This document shows positions 37,766-50,549 of a stretch of DNA of 64,000 bases, in pieces; the stretch's first letter is position 1; each line of letters starts with the position of its first letter. A program made the translations under genes and the position numbers. The notes under the pieces were generated by a model. The model did no database searches, had not been told where the DNA came from, and worked only from the letters and a program-made list of their open reading frames with translations. This DNA is from Vicugna vicugna. Taxonomy: Eukaryota. Location of the stretch: positions 558,001 to 622,000 of the forward strand of contig MU058000.1 of NCBI GenBank assembly GCA_013265495.1. Reading direction: 5' to 3'.

Positions 37766-40233
37766 CAGTTGGAGGAAATTAAACCATTTTCTTCTGCTTC
37801 TTTAACTGTTGGACCATCAGCCTAAGTGGTACCCGTGAATTCTTTCCAAACCCACTCACCCTGCAACCACACCCCATCTTCCATCTAGAAACCCTTAACC
37901 TACACCAACCTTTCCATCCTGTCCTAGTCCAAATACCCTCTTTAACCTATCCATTCTGTTCTAACCCCTCCACATCCTAAAAATATCATTTCTATGGCCC
38001 TCATGCCACCATCAAAAAGAGGAAAGGGACCTATATGCTGCATCTAGGGCATATTCAGAAACTTTTCAAGAATCATCATCAAAGGCTGGTGATGGAGACA
38101 GTGAGGAAGTGCGGAGAATAGTAGTAGGAGTGGTTCAACGTTCAGGATTAAAGATGGTAATTATCTATAAGGAAAAAAAGGCATAGCTGGTGCTATCATT
38201 TGTCTCAGTGAAAGGAAATGCAGGGGCTAAGAATTTTATGTTTATATGGTTGCCACTTAGAGTAATTGCTCAGTGATGTCCACTGTTTCTGCAGAAATAT
38301 TCTTTAACTTTTTCATAAGTTAATAACAACCATAACAAAATCAGTGGTTGGACGAATGGTCCAGAAACATCTAATCCACATGTTTGCTTTAAGGTTCTAC
38401 TGAATGAACTTTCTCAAACATGCCTGAGGCAATCCTCAGCTTTGTCTTATACAAGGTACTCTTAAGGTACTAAGAGTCAGTCTAATGGAAATGATAATTA
38501 AGTGAAAAACAAAAAAGCTCAATTTGTTTATTTATTCAAAGTTTGAGCAAAGAGAGACACCAACAGGCTGGAAAGTCAGTGGATCATCTAATGTTGGTCT
38601 TAATTCCACAGAAATACATGGAAACTGCTTTTGAAAAATCGCTGCAAAGAACTTAATAACGATTCCTAGGACTTTGGCTTTTCAGTTACAAAGTCCCCTG
38701 GGAGCTGTCAACTAAGTGTTAAACGGAAACTTAGAAGTTGACAATCACTGATTTGTTTCCTCAGGATGCATTTCCTCTGAGTTCACTAAGAAGGAAGGGG
38801 AGGGAAAGTGGAGAAGTTGGCATTAGCCTTAACATATAGAAATATTTTTCAAAGGAAGAATCATCATTGACTTTGGGTAATAAAATTACTGGGAAATAGG
38901 TTAATGATGATAGCTCTAAGGTCAATAGAATGCTATCAAATGCCTCTATTATGAGGAAATTTAGTTAAAAGGAAAATTAAGGCATCAGCTCAGTCTCTTT
39001 AATAGAATTGGGTCATGCAATTTATCACAAAAGAAAAAGTCCTAAATTCTAGACGACAAATAAAATTGTCAAACATCAAAAACTTTTTATAGCTAGTTGC
39101 TGGTTATTCTAACTAAATTCGAGTATTTTATGTTGTCTCTGTGTATTATACACCTTGTATAATTATTACAAACAAGGATGCCCATTTTCTGGTAAATGAA
39201 GTACAGACTTTCCTCTTTGAGTTACTGTAAAATAATAAAGTTAGTGCCTTTGCATTCTCCCCATCTGTCAGTACCTTCATCACCATACAGACATGCCACT
39301 GTTTGTCCCAGGCTTTTTAAAAATCTCTTCTTGACGCCACTTCTCTACCATTACTCTTTTTGGCTTGTTTGTCACAAAACTTGAAAACAAACAAAAAAAG
39401 TGTTGCCTTTACTCAGTGTTGCAAATTGCTTCCTTCCCATTCTCTGTTAAACCTACTCAAACTAGGTTTTCAATCCCATGGAAACCAATCTCATTAAGGT
39501 GTTTCATGAATCCACATTACTAAATCCAATGGTCAGTTTTCAGTCCTCATGTTACTTGACCAATAACATGCAGTACTTGATACAACTGTTCACTTCCTAC
39601 TACTCATTGACGCCTTTTCTTCCCTTTGCTTCCAGGACACCACGCTACGCTGGTTTTCCCCTTACTTCACTGACTGCTCTTTCTCGATGGCCTTTGAATC
39701 AGCCTCTCAATGTCATGATACCGTGGGTTTCAGTCCCTGAGTCTTTTGCCTCTTCTATCCACACTTATTCCCTAGGTGATCTCATACAGTCACAGGGCTT
39801 TAAATACTGTCTATGTGTGATGATATCTCCAGATCAGACCTTTCTCCAAACTCCAGATGGATATCCATCTGCCTCCTTACCAACTCCACTTAATGTCTAA
39901 TAGGTATCCAAAAGTCAACAAGCCCAAAACTAAACTCCTAACCTTCTACCCCAAAAGCCTCTTCACCTACAGCCTTCCCCATCTCAGTTGATGGCAAATC
40001 CTTCAAGGTGCTCAGACCAAAATCTTGAAGTCTTCCTTGTTTCTCCTCTTTCTCTCACACATCACATCCAGATCATCAACAAGCCTTTTTGGCTTAACCT
40101 TCAAAATGTATTTAGAACATGACCACTTCTTAGACTTTCACTGCTATCATCCTGGTCTGGATTACCAACATCTCTTTTTCTTGAATTATTAAATGGTCTC
40201 CATTGTTCTTCTCTTGCCCCCTACAATCTATTA

Positions 40234-40722
40234 AGGGGTTGACAAACTGCTAGCTACTGGCCAAATTGGGCCCACTGCCCGGTTTTGTAACATCCTAAGG
40301 GCTAAACCAGCTATCCTGGTTATTGTTTTTTTTTTTTTTTTGCTTGCTTTTGGGGGTGGGTTGGGGAAGTATTTAGGTTTATTTACTTATTTTTAATGGA
40401 GGTACTGGGGATTGAACCCAGGACCTCATGCACGCTAAGCATTCACTCTGCCACTCAGCTATACCCTCCCCTGCAGCTATCCTGATTTTTTAAAAAATCA
40501 CAAGATGAAGAATATTTTTAGACAGATAAAAGTTGCATGAAATTCAGATTTTGTTATCCATAGATATAGTTTTAATGGATCACAGCCATGCTCAGTCATT
40601 ACATATTGTCTGTGGCTACTTCCATGCTACATCAGCAGAGCTGAGTGGCTGTGAGAGAAACTACATAGTCCAAGTCTAAAATGTTTACTCTCTGCCTCTT
40701 TACAGAACAATCTGCCAACCTT
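40234..40722 (+). mobile_element. MER58B hAT-Charlie element
   Basis: Ends aggggttgacaaact / tctgccaacct; internal 'atagttttaatggatcacagccatgctca..ttacatattgtctgtggctacttccatgctaca..agcagagctgagt'. Confidence 0.8.
40322..40473 (-). mobile_element. tRNA-derived SINE (camelid type) with TSD
   Basis: Reverse copy 'ggaggtactggggattgaacccaggacctcatgcacgctaagcattcactctgccactcagctataccctcccc'. TSD cagctatcctg(g/a)tt at 40308-40321 and 40474-40487. Confidence 0.92.
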
Positions 40723-41678
40723 TATCAATCTGTATCCCAACAGATCAGCTTGAGTGATCCTTTTAACACTTAGATTAGACTAGGTCATTCCTCTGCATAA
40801 AGTCTCTAGGTGGCTCCCCAGTTCTCTCAGAGCAAAAGCCTTACCACAGCCAACACGGCCCGTATAACCTGGCCCCCAATGCCTCACTGCTTTCATCTCC
40901 TACAGCTCTCCTCCTTGTTGACTGTATTCCAGCTGCTCTCCTTTCCTGCTATTCCTTCATCCCACCAACAGACTCCTTCACCAGGCCCTTGGCATTGACT
41001 CATCACTGTCTAGAATGCTTTTAAATCCTTTGAGCAGGCCAGCTATCTCCTGACAGCATCTTCACTAATTCAAGAAGACTGAAACCAGATCATGGAGGCT
41101 CTTGCATGCCAGATGTAAAGTTTGCCCTCCACCCAGTAGACAGTGGAGCATATCAAGGCTCTTAGCATAGAGTTCACACCAAACTTGCTCACATCCTGGC
41201 ACTCTGAGAATATAATTGTACTGCATGCACACAAGGAAAATGGATGAGGCAGCTCTCAGCCAGAGGAAGCCAACAGAGAGGCTCTGGCTGCCCCATACCT
41301 CAGCCAGCATCCCAAAGGGTTAAGCAGTTCAACAAGGAGAAACACTTGCAACGTAGTCCAGACGGATTAGTTGTGAAGTTCTGCTTAGAGCCCCAGCTCC
41401 ATCTGCACAGGAGTCTCCTCCCTGGAGCTCTCCCCTAAGTCACTGACCTCAGGCAGGGTCTGGTTTCCTTTAACATGTGATCTGCTCACACACAGATACT
41501 CCTCCCTTGGTTCTCTGAAGGACAGCCAGGGCCACAGCTAATCCATATTGAATCTTTCTACAAATTAGAAAAAGGCGCCTTCGCTCTGGGGGGACGCTGC
41601 CCAGGACCAAGTTGTGATGGCAGCTAGCCGAGATCAGTAATGTTTAAATAAGGTTTTATTAAAAATTAATGGGATTAT

Positions 41679-42111
41679 ATGCCATTTGCAGCAACATAGA
41701 TGGACCCAGAGATTGTCATACTAAGTGAAGTAATTCAGAAAGAGAAAGACAAACACTATATGATATCACTTATATGTGGAATCTAAAATATGACACAAAT
41801 GAACTTATTTACAAAACAGAAACAGACTCCTAGAAAACAAATTTATGGTTACCAAAGGGGAAAGGGGGTAGGGAAGGTATAAATTAGGAAGTTGGGATTA
41901 GCAGATAGAAACTACTATATATAAAATAGGTAAACAATGAGGCTGTAGGCACAGGAAACTATATTCAATATCCAGTAATAAACCATAATGGAAAATAATA
42001 TGAAAAAGAATATATATATACACACATATATATATATCTGAATCATTTTGCAGTACACCAGAAACTAACACATTGTAAATCAATTATACTTCAATAAAAA
42101 AAATTTTTTTT
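41679..42111 (+). mobile_element. L1 3' fragment with 16-bp TSD
   Basis: 'atgccatttgcagcaacatagatggacccagagattgtcatactaagtgaagta...gtacaccagaaactaacacattgtaaatcaattatacttcaataaaaa'. TSD aaatt(a/c)atgggattat at 41663-41678 and 42112-42127. Confidence 0.92.
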
Positions 42112-44429
42112 AAATTCATGGGATTATTAAGAGGAAGTAACATCACTCAATATCCTTACTTGGGTTTGGGGCCCACAAGAAGGCTGCCTCCTTACCTTGC
42201 CGGGCAACTTTCTAACTCTCCTGTGAGTCGCTCTACGCTTGTAACCCTTCTAGCTGGGAAACTGACTGTCCAGTCCTATTGGTTGGCTCTTCCCTAAGTA
42301 GCTTAACCTTCTATGAAAGCCATATTTACAAATCAAATAGTGACATATTTCCAAGGAACATCCAATGTTGCACTCAGCTTTAGGATCTATCTTGAGGATA
42401 CCCAAGATCTCATGGAAGTTTGGCCAGTTCTATGGTCTTCTCTTTTAAAGCTTCCACTCCTACTTCTGCTTCTGGGCCACCCAGTAACTAGACTAATCCC
42501 ATTAATCTAACAGCATGATCCACTAACCATAATGTACAATATCAACTCCCTGATCAAAATCAATCCCCTGACTTCCAAGGTTGGCAATAGAGGAGACTAG
42601 CAACGGAAGAAAAGAAGCGGAAGCTTTAAGGTGCCCTCTCTTTTTGGAAGGTCTCACTGCTTAGACAACTTGAAACTGGGCTTGATTTTATTAGGGAATT
42701 GACAGACAATTTTAGTTTTTACTTTGGGTAGAATCAGCATAAAAGGGTCTCCCATGAGTCGAATACACATGCTTTCCTCACACTGGGATCCAAAGGCCCA
42801 CTGACTAGTTATGTGCTGTATCTACATGCATCTCACAAATTCTCTGTCCTAGGTAGGTTGAGTTGCTGGATACACAGGCTCTTCAATAGTAGCCCAAAAT
42901 AGATCTGATAGGCTCAGCCTCAGAGTCAACATGTGGCAAGGATGAATTTTTTTCCAAAGGTGGGGAAGGTTAACATGACCTAAAACCAAGGCTCCTCTGT
43001 TCCTTGCCAGATATGAATGACCTTTTTGTGATGAAGAAAACAAAGAGAAACTTAAAGAAATGCACCTGCGTCACTAGTTGTACTTACTGTAGACACTTAC
43101 CCAGCGGGGCTGTCAGGTGGTGGGATGAGGTCAAGGATCTGCCAAACTGAAGGGTCTCTGTCACCCAACAGAACAAAAAAAGGAGGCGGAAAAGAAGGAA
43201 GAGAGCCAAGCAGTTCTAAGCGGAGACAGGAATTGCAGTCACCCAGAGCTGCATGAAAAGAGGTTTTTCTTCCCTTTTCTCTTGCCAGAGGATTAGGAGC
43301 TTCTCAATACATTCACAGTTTTGACTGGTGTCACACAGCAAATCCTCACCTGGACGGCATTCTCCCTCTGAAGTTGCGCACGTGGGGCACAGGGACGGCA
43401 CATCTCCTCAGCTGTCCCCACGTGTGACTGATGCTGCGTTTCCTGTGCCCCTCACCTTGGATATCATTCTCTCGGCCAGCTTATTATAACAACTGATTTC
43501 TCTGCTGCTGATTCAAAGAGGGGAAGACAAAACCACTGCTGGTTTAGGTATGGGCCTGAAACTTGGTTCTTCTTTTTACCTTTCTGTCTTGGTCGGTTAT
43601 AGAGGCCGCGAGGGAGGCACATCCCTGAAAGCATGGCTCCGACAGTATCGGCACCTTCTTGTTTTTCAAAACTCTCCGGGATCGCTTGTCCCATCTGATG
43701 ATGATGGTTGAGCTGGGAAATGGTGGATCTCACCACTCTACCTCACCTCCTCCCACCATTGAAAGCTCTTCAGATGGTTTGAAAACAAGTTCCCTTTCTC
43801 CAAAAAGGTGGGATACTGGAATCCAGTCAACCTGAGGCCAAGTTACCTTGTGACCAGTCAAGGGGCAGGAATTGTTCTAAGGAAAGAATCACACAAGGTA
43901 AGAATGCCTCTTGCAGCTTAGTAACTTACACTTGGCATGTTGGACATTAGACTTTCACAGAAATGTCTCTCCCTAAAGTTCCCACAAGAATCAGACTATA
44001 TTCCTTGGGTGAAGCCAAACCCAGTGATTTAACTCCCTTTGACACATCTCTCTTCTCTCCTATCTGTGCACTGAACTCCTTTGCCCAACTGTTGTCAAAT
44101 CCAAAGCAACATATTCCGGCAAGTGCTATCACCATCGATGAAGAGGGAGGCATGCACTACTTCTGCCTTGCTGGCTAGCTTTCCTCTTATATAAAAGTTC
44201 GCCAAGTTGAAGTTCAAAGTTCATAAGTGGAAGAGCTTATGTTGTCCAGCATCAACGTGCACTGCCCAGGCCACATGGAGGAGCATTAAGTCCCGATTGA
44301 AGAATGTTATATTTTTAAATACATAACTGTTTTTAAATACAAAGTTAAGATGATATATACTTATAGGTACATTAAATTTACAAGACAAAATGTGGACAGA
44401 CTTCTGCAGTTAAAATAATGCAACATTTA

Positions 44430-44552
44430 GTGGGAGAGGGTATAGCTCAGTGGTAGAGTGTGTGCCTAGCATGCACGAGGTCCTGGGTTCAATCCCCAGT
44501 ATCTCCATTAAAATAAATAAATAAATAAACCTAATTAGCTCCCCCCACCAAA
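44430..44552 (+). mobile_element. tRNA-derived SINE (camelid type) with 18-bp TSD
   Basis: 'gggtatagctcagtggtagagtgtgtgcctagcatgcacgaggtcctgggttcaatccccagta'. TSD aaaataa(t/a)gcaacattta at 44412-44429 and 44553-44570. Confidence 0.93.
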
Positions 44553-44809
44553 AAAATAAAGCAACATTTATACTCAACTCATCACATAAAATAAGAAGCA
44601 AGCAGCATATTTTTTAAAATGACTTGCTCAAACACATAAATGAAATAGTGTTTAGGCATTAGGACTCATGCTGATGGCTATCAGGAAATAATAAAATGTA
44701 ATTAACTTGGAATAATTGTCAATGACAAATTATAAATGTGATCACTACATATTTTAATCATTGCTGTTATCTTTTTCATACTTGCAAAACAAAGTCATGA
44801 TTAGCTATC

Positions 44810-45235
44810 TTATGGCAAATACCAGGGCATATATTCAACTGACCCTATTTTGCCTACATCCTGGGCACACAGCTGCATACACATCTCCCAGCCTTGCTTG
44901 CAGTGATTGAGATCTGCCAATGGAATATAGGCAGGGGTAAGAGTGTCACATTCAGGTTCATAAAACCTCCCACACAATCCTGCGCTATCTTCCATCTCTG
45001 CCAGATGGAAGCAAAGGATCCCAGGGAGATGGAGAGAGTATCTGGAATTCCAGGGAGAGGTAAATCCACTAGACTGAAGGAGGCTATGTCCCTGAATTTC
45101 TGCATGGAGCAGAGCTATCCCTGCCAACCTAGAGTGCGCTGTGACATGCAGAAGAAACAAAGCTTTACTGAGTTAAGCCACTGAAATCTTGGAGTTAAAG
45201 AAACATCACCTAAATTCAGCTCCCTGACTAATTCA
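44810..45235 (+). mobile_element. MLT1I/J-like ERVL-MaLR solo LTR
   Basis: 'ctgggcacacagctg..tacacatctcccagcctt.cttgcagt...gccaatggaatataggcag...gtccctgaat...tggagcagagc...gttaagccactgaaat'. Confidence 0.75.
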
Positions 45236-47479
45236 CAATCTTACACTGTATTCTTACCCCTTTACTTCAGAAATTAAGCAATGGTGGACAATATATCTTT
45301 ATCTTTTCCATAGTCAGAACATATTTAACTCTTTGTCATTGTTACTTGAATTCTTTCCATGTCAAACCTATTTGACAGCATAGATAAATAATTCAGAATT
45401 ATGCAATCATCTTTTACAGAGTCCTTTAGATAATCATGCTAACCTGTGATGCTAAATTTAGAATTAAAATGCATAGAATCCAAATGTAAATAGTTAGTAG
45501 AAAAATTTTAAATAGTGTTGGATTCCTCCTTTAATAATAATCCCATAATGGACATTTCATGGAAAAGTAAATTTTTTTCTCATGTTATATATTATTACTG
45601 TCCAAAAAACCCCCCAAGTTACACAGGAAATCACTGTTATTGTCCAATGTATACAAAAGGAACTTTCAAAAAGCTTTTTTCTTAAATAATTTGGACATTT
45701 TTGACACTAGTATTAATGCTTTATGACTAATAAAATCACGTGAATTACCTACACCAAATCAAGGAAGAGTCTGTGTCCAGAATGAGCACAAGTCAAAATG
45801 CTTAACAAAAGAGGAACGTTGTCTTCACCCATACAGATCTCCACCAGTCCAAGGCAAAAGATCAAAAATGGAATAACTAAAATGTAGAATTAACTTAGGT
45901 TTGGAGGGTAAATGATAGCGGCATCAACACAATGTATTTTTGACGCCACTATTTTATCTTTGAATTTTTGTGACATACTTATATGTAAGAAATGTTCATT
46001 GGGATATCACCTCTGAGGAGACCCGGTTAAGTTGAGATAAAAGCTAAAAATTGTCCTCATTTATATAAAGGACGTCCATTGTCTCCAGTTCGTGGAGTAA
46101 TTGATTTTGTTATGCATTTGTTTTACCCTCTGTTAAAACTCCCCATACTAATTTTTTCTTACAGTTAATATTTAGATTTATCCATGTTTATCAATTTTTT
46201 GTTCTCTGTTTCTTCTTTCATCCCCTTTCTAATTTCCATAGTCTTTTTTTTCCTGAAATTCATTATTTAGTAGTTCTTTCAGCCTGGACTTTATATATAG
46301 TAAGCACATCCTATTTTTATCTAAAATCACTTCACGCTCACTCAAGTAATAGTTTTAGCTGGGTATAGGTTTCTGGGTTGGATTGGTCCCCCTTAGCACT
46401 CTGAGTGTACTAACTAGGTCATTGCGCTTGTTTTTAATGAGGAACCTGCTCTCAGTAGGTAAGTAGCTAGTCTCTAAGGTCAGCCTGGGTCTAAGCATGG
46501 CTCCACCATTTGCTTGCTGTGTGACTTTGGTTAAGGTACACAATCTTTCTGCCGCTTAGTTTCCTTATTTGTAAAACAGGGGGAAGTCTAAAGCATACGG
46601 CATTGGGTTATTTAAAGATTCACACATGACCAGTGTCTGGAACACAAAAGGTAATTTTGTATCTTTTTAATTTATCTTGCTCAGGATCAGATGTCTTTGT
46701 GAATCTGTGACTTACTGTCTTAACATTGTTTCTAGAAAAATCTTGGTCAGTATCTCTTAATAATTGCCCTTCCTCCATGTTTTCCTATGAGACCACCTTA
46801 TAAATGTAAGCTAGGCCTTTTTTTTACCATCTCCTTGTCTAGCACCTGTTTTTAATATCTTTACCTCTGCGTGCCCTGTTTTGGGTAATTTCTATAGAAC
46901 TACCTTTTCAGCTCATTAATTCTCTTTTCAGTTACAATTAATTTTCTGTTTAACTCATCCATTACATTTTTTTGTTACTTTTAAAGATACAGATGTTCAG
47001 GTCTATAAATTTTCATATACACCTGCTTTTTACTTCCTTGTGAGTATAGAACTTTATCTATTTAATCGCTTAAAACATATTGACAGTTTTTGTTTTTGAG
47101 ATTATCATCATCTTAAATTTTGGAGTGTTAATCCTCCTGTTCATCATGTCTCCTGATTCTCTCTCACATTTAACCAGTTGCTCATGTAATTTGTAATTCT
47201 GGCCTGTGAGCAACTCATTAGCCAGGTCTGGCTTTTTCAATAGGGGTTCCATGTACTCTAAGGGGTGGCAGCATTGTACAGGGAAATAGTACAGGGAAAT
47301 TTTGCATTGCCTCTGCTGTGCACTCCATATATATTTGGGATCAGTTTTTCTATTACTTTTCTTGACTTTGAGATTTTTGGGTCAATGGTCAATTAAATTT
47401 AGATTCTATACCTGTGCTTGAGTTCTCCTGGGAGTCTTTTTGTTTCACCAGAGCCCTGGGCAGATGCCTGCTTCCTTGA

Positions 47480-47825
47480 AAGGCAATACAGCATACAGAC
47501 TAAAAGCACTGATTCTAAAGACTACCTGGGTTTCAGTCTTCATTTGACTTTCTAATAGCACTGAACCTCTGGCACATTGTTAAAAAAAAATCCTCTGTGA
47601 TTCAGTTTCCCTGTCTAGAAATCCTTCAGTGAAGGGAGAATAAAGAACTCCACATACTAGCACAGAAAAAATGGCATTAATAGCTATCATATAGCACATA
47701 GCATGTGCCCTGCACTGTTCTAAATGTCTTACCTATATTAACTAATTTAATCTTCACAACAACCTTACAAGATAGACACTATTATTAATTTCATCGTACA
47801 GAAAGGAAAACTGAGTCATGGAGAG
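47480..47825. mobile_element. Two MIR fragments in opposite orientation
   Basis: Plus copy 'ggcaatacagcata...actacctgggtttc...ctctgtgattcagtttccctgtct'; minus copy 'tttaatcttcacaacaaccttacaag...aggaaaactgagtcatggagagg'. Confidence 0.65.
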
Positions 47826-48459
47826 GTTTTTGTTCGTTTTTACACTATGTCTGAGGTTCGATGGATTTCCTTTCCTTTCTTTCACACTCAGTTCTATGTA
47901 TATATGTTTTTCTTCTTCTGTACCAAAAAGGCAAAGGCCTGGAGTGGTGGTTAGGGCAAGGGATGAGGAGTAGAGATTGCAGCTCACACTAGCACAGTCT
48001 GCTGCGTTGCTAGAATCCAAAGTCTGCAACTGAATTCTGAACACTCTTTTCACTCAAAGCCATTGCTGGAAAAGGCTCATTTCGCAACAAGTTCGTCTCT
48101 TAATTCTACTTGAGAATATGCTTTAATTTTATAAAACCTCAGAGACAACATATGGCCATTTTCACAGCACAGTACATACACCTCTGAGCTGAAAGCTCTC
48201 ATGATCTGGAGGATGTGAGTAAAGTAGACAAAAGTCCCTCTGAAACCTGTAGCCTCTTCCCCCAAATTTCCTGTCTTGATTATTTTAAACAAAAATCATC
48301 TTCCTAGACTCACTAGAATCATTTTATACAATGGAAAACAATTATACTATAATATATGCGTCAGAAATATGTACTGAGCATCTACTATGTGCCAGGTAAT
48401 GTTGTGGACACTTGAGGTACATCAGTGAACAAAACAGAAAATACTTTCTCACCCAAAGG

Positions 48460-48808
48460 ACATTGCACTGCTACTTCCTCTTCCTAGAACATGTTCACCA
48501 CAGAGGTTAGCCTTTAAGTCTCAGCTCGAGCATCACCTCCTCTAAGAAGACTTCCCCAGCCACATTTTCTAGAGTCGTACCCACTCCCCTGGTCACTTTG
48601 GTCTCAACTGTACTTATTATTTACCAACATTATCTTATTCATTTATTTATCAGTTTATTTAATTCAAAATTTTTACTTATTAATCATTGGCTTTCCCAAT
48701 TAGAATGTAAACTGCATGAGGGCAGGGACTTAGTCTGCTATGCTCCCTGTTAAATCTCTAGCACTTGGATACACTGAATGAGTGGATAAACGGATGAATG
48801 AATGAAAG
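48460..48808 (+). mobile_element. L2 3' end
   Basis: 'ttagaatgtaaactgcatgagggcagggacttagtctg...tctctagcac...gaatgaatgaa'. Confidence 0.8.
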
Positions 48809-48824
48809 AAATTGCATCTACTTT

Positions 48825-49320
48825 TTCTTGAGGACATTTTCCCTCCTGCATGTGGTCCTTGTTGTCAATAATGGTGTGTCCCCTCCCACCTCTGGGTAGA
48901 GGTGGACATGTGACCAGCTTGGGTCAATTATGGACCTGCATTCTTTTAGATGCAGTAATTAGTCCAAGGATTGGGCACAGGGTCCAAGCCAGACCAATGG
49001 GAATAGTTCTCCAAATTTTTCAAAATAGGAAATTAGGAGGGGCATCCCTCTCTTCTTGGCTCACAAGCTTTCAGGATTTGTATATAGGGCTGCTGGTGGC
49101 TACCATCTTCCTTTGATAAACATAAAGTCTGTCTCCCTATCTGTTTCCTTAAGTTGAGTGGCCAAGAATTCACCAGAAACAGGGAGGAGAATGTGACCAG
49201 AATGAGGTTAAAATTTAAGGTGAAAATAGACCAAGAGGTGGAGCTAGAGAGAATGTCTAGATAACATTAGTTAAGCCTCTGCTCAAAGCATGGCCTTAAA
49301 GCCAGTTTTGCTTAAAGCCT
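48825..49320 (+). mobile_element. MLT1K/L-like old MaLR LTR
   Basis: 'ggtagaggtggacatgtgaccagcttgg..caat', 'tagtccaaggattgggcac..gtccaagccagaccaatg', 'gggctgctggtggctaccatctt', 'gataacattagttaagcctctg.tcaaagcat'. Confidence 0.6.
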
Positions 49321-50163
49321 GGTATTCTAATTCGGTGAATAAGCACATGAGTTGGTGCTTATTCAGTAACTCCTAAGACTTCCACTCCTCTTTTCCAAAT
49401 GAAACTATAAAGTACCACCAAGCAACAGCCATGGCCTTTGGCCCTATCACTCTGGAGTGCTATTTAAAAACTCAGCTTGAGACAGGGCAGCTACACGTCT
49501 ACTCCCCTCTTCAGGGAAGGTGCATGCTGCTCGAGACATCACACCAATCTCCCTCTTCCTCTCACTACCCAGTAACCAACAAGGAGCAAGCCTTATGGTC
49601 AGTGGAGGGTGACTTTCTCTCCCACCCCACACCTGTCCTGAAGAGCATCCTTTGCCCCAGGTCAGGCCAGCATAGCACTGGCAATGGCTAACCCTCAACC
49701 CCAGGCCCCTTTCCTAATGGCCAGAGCCCAGACAAGAGGCAAACCAAAATCTAGTGCCTAAACACAGAACTGTGGTTGACATTTGTTCTCCTCTCTGTGA
49801 AAGGACGAAAGCAATGACATCAGTGGGTTGATGATGCCTGGGTGGTTGCAAAACAATACCTTTCCTGCCAAGCCCAGAGGTTGGGCAGTTCACGCTGGAT
49901 GCTTTAAAGCTTATCAGAAAACCCAATGCAAAAGGCAGCAAAAATCAGGCAATAGAGGTAAATGATCTCACTCTGCTTAGCACTTGACTGGGCCACTTGA
50001 CTTTTCAATCTGATTCAACCTATTTTTAAATCTATTTATAACCTGGCAGGAATCTTTTCCTTTTCTTGAAACCTTCTGGGTTGAGAACAGCATCTCCCTC
50101 CATTAAGCTCACTTCTCCCTACCTGTTCCCTTAAGTTGAATGACCAAGAGTCCACCAGAAACA

Positions 50164-50289
50164 GGGGACAGAACATAGCTCAGGGGTAGAGTGCATGCCT
50201 AGCATGAACAACGTCCTGGGTTCAATTCCCAGTACTTCCAACAAAATAAATAAATTTTTAAAAAACCTAATTACACCCCCTCCCAAAAA
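50164..50289 (+). mobile_element. tRNA-derived SINE (camelid type) with 18-bp TSD
   Basis: 'catagctcaggggtagagtgcatgcctagcatg..caacgtcctgggttcaattcccagtac'. TSD aagagtccaccagaaaca (50146-50163) / aagagttcactagaaaca (50290-50307). Confidence 0.9.
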
Positions 50290-50549
50290 AAGAGTTCACT
50301 AGAAACAAAGGTTTCCTCACATTCCTACTCATGAACTTTCTTTCGGTTGTCAAGATCTAGGGGCAAGAAAACACTGGAAAGAAGGAGCTTCTAAGGTCTA
50401 CCAAACCCTCTGAACCACACAGTGAAAAGAGAAGACAAAGAACCAAATTTGCCCGGGCATATGATAAGGGGAGAAGAGGCCTACGCTATACCTTGGATAT
50501 GCTCTGTACAAAGCCCAACACATGCACAGTATTTAATATAGTCATACCA

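Larger units (their letters stand above)
39280..41025 (+). mobile_element. L2 LINE remnant interrupted by MER58B and a SINE
   Basis: 'gaaaccaatctcattaagg...ctaaatccaatggtcagttttcagtcctcatgttacttgacc...gatacaactg' (RT region); 'ctaggtgatctcatacagtc.cagggctttaaatac'; 'gccttccccatctcagttgatggcaa'. Confidence 0.85.

Noticed and set aside
37377..37782. 132-aa and 103-aa ORFs
   Set aside because: No recognisable homology, non-ATG starts, lengths compatible with chance.
43216..44178. Cluster of short ORFs suspected to be a processed pseudogene
   Set aside because: No recognisable protein, poly(A) tail or TSD; lncRNA exons cannot be excluded but are unsupported.
44436..44506. tRNA-like sequence
   Set aside because: SINE head with tail and TSD, not a tRNA gene; the same applies to the other three copies.
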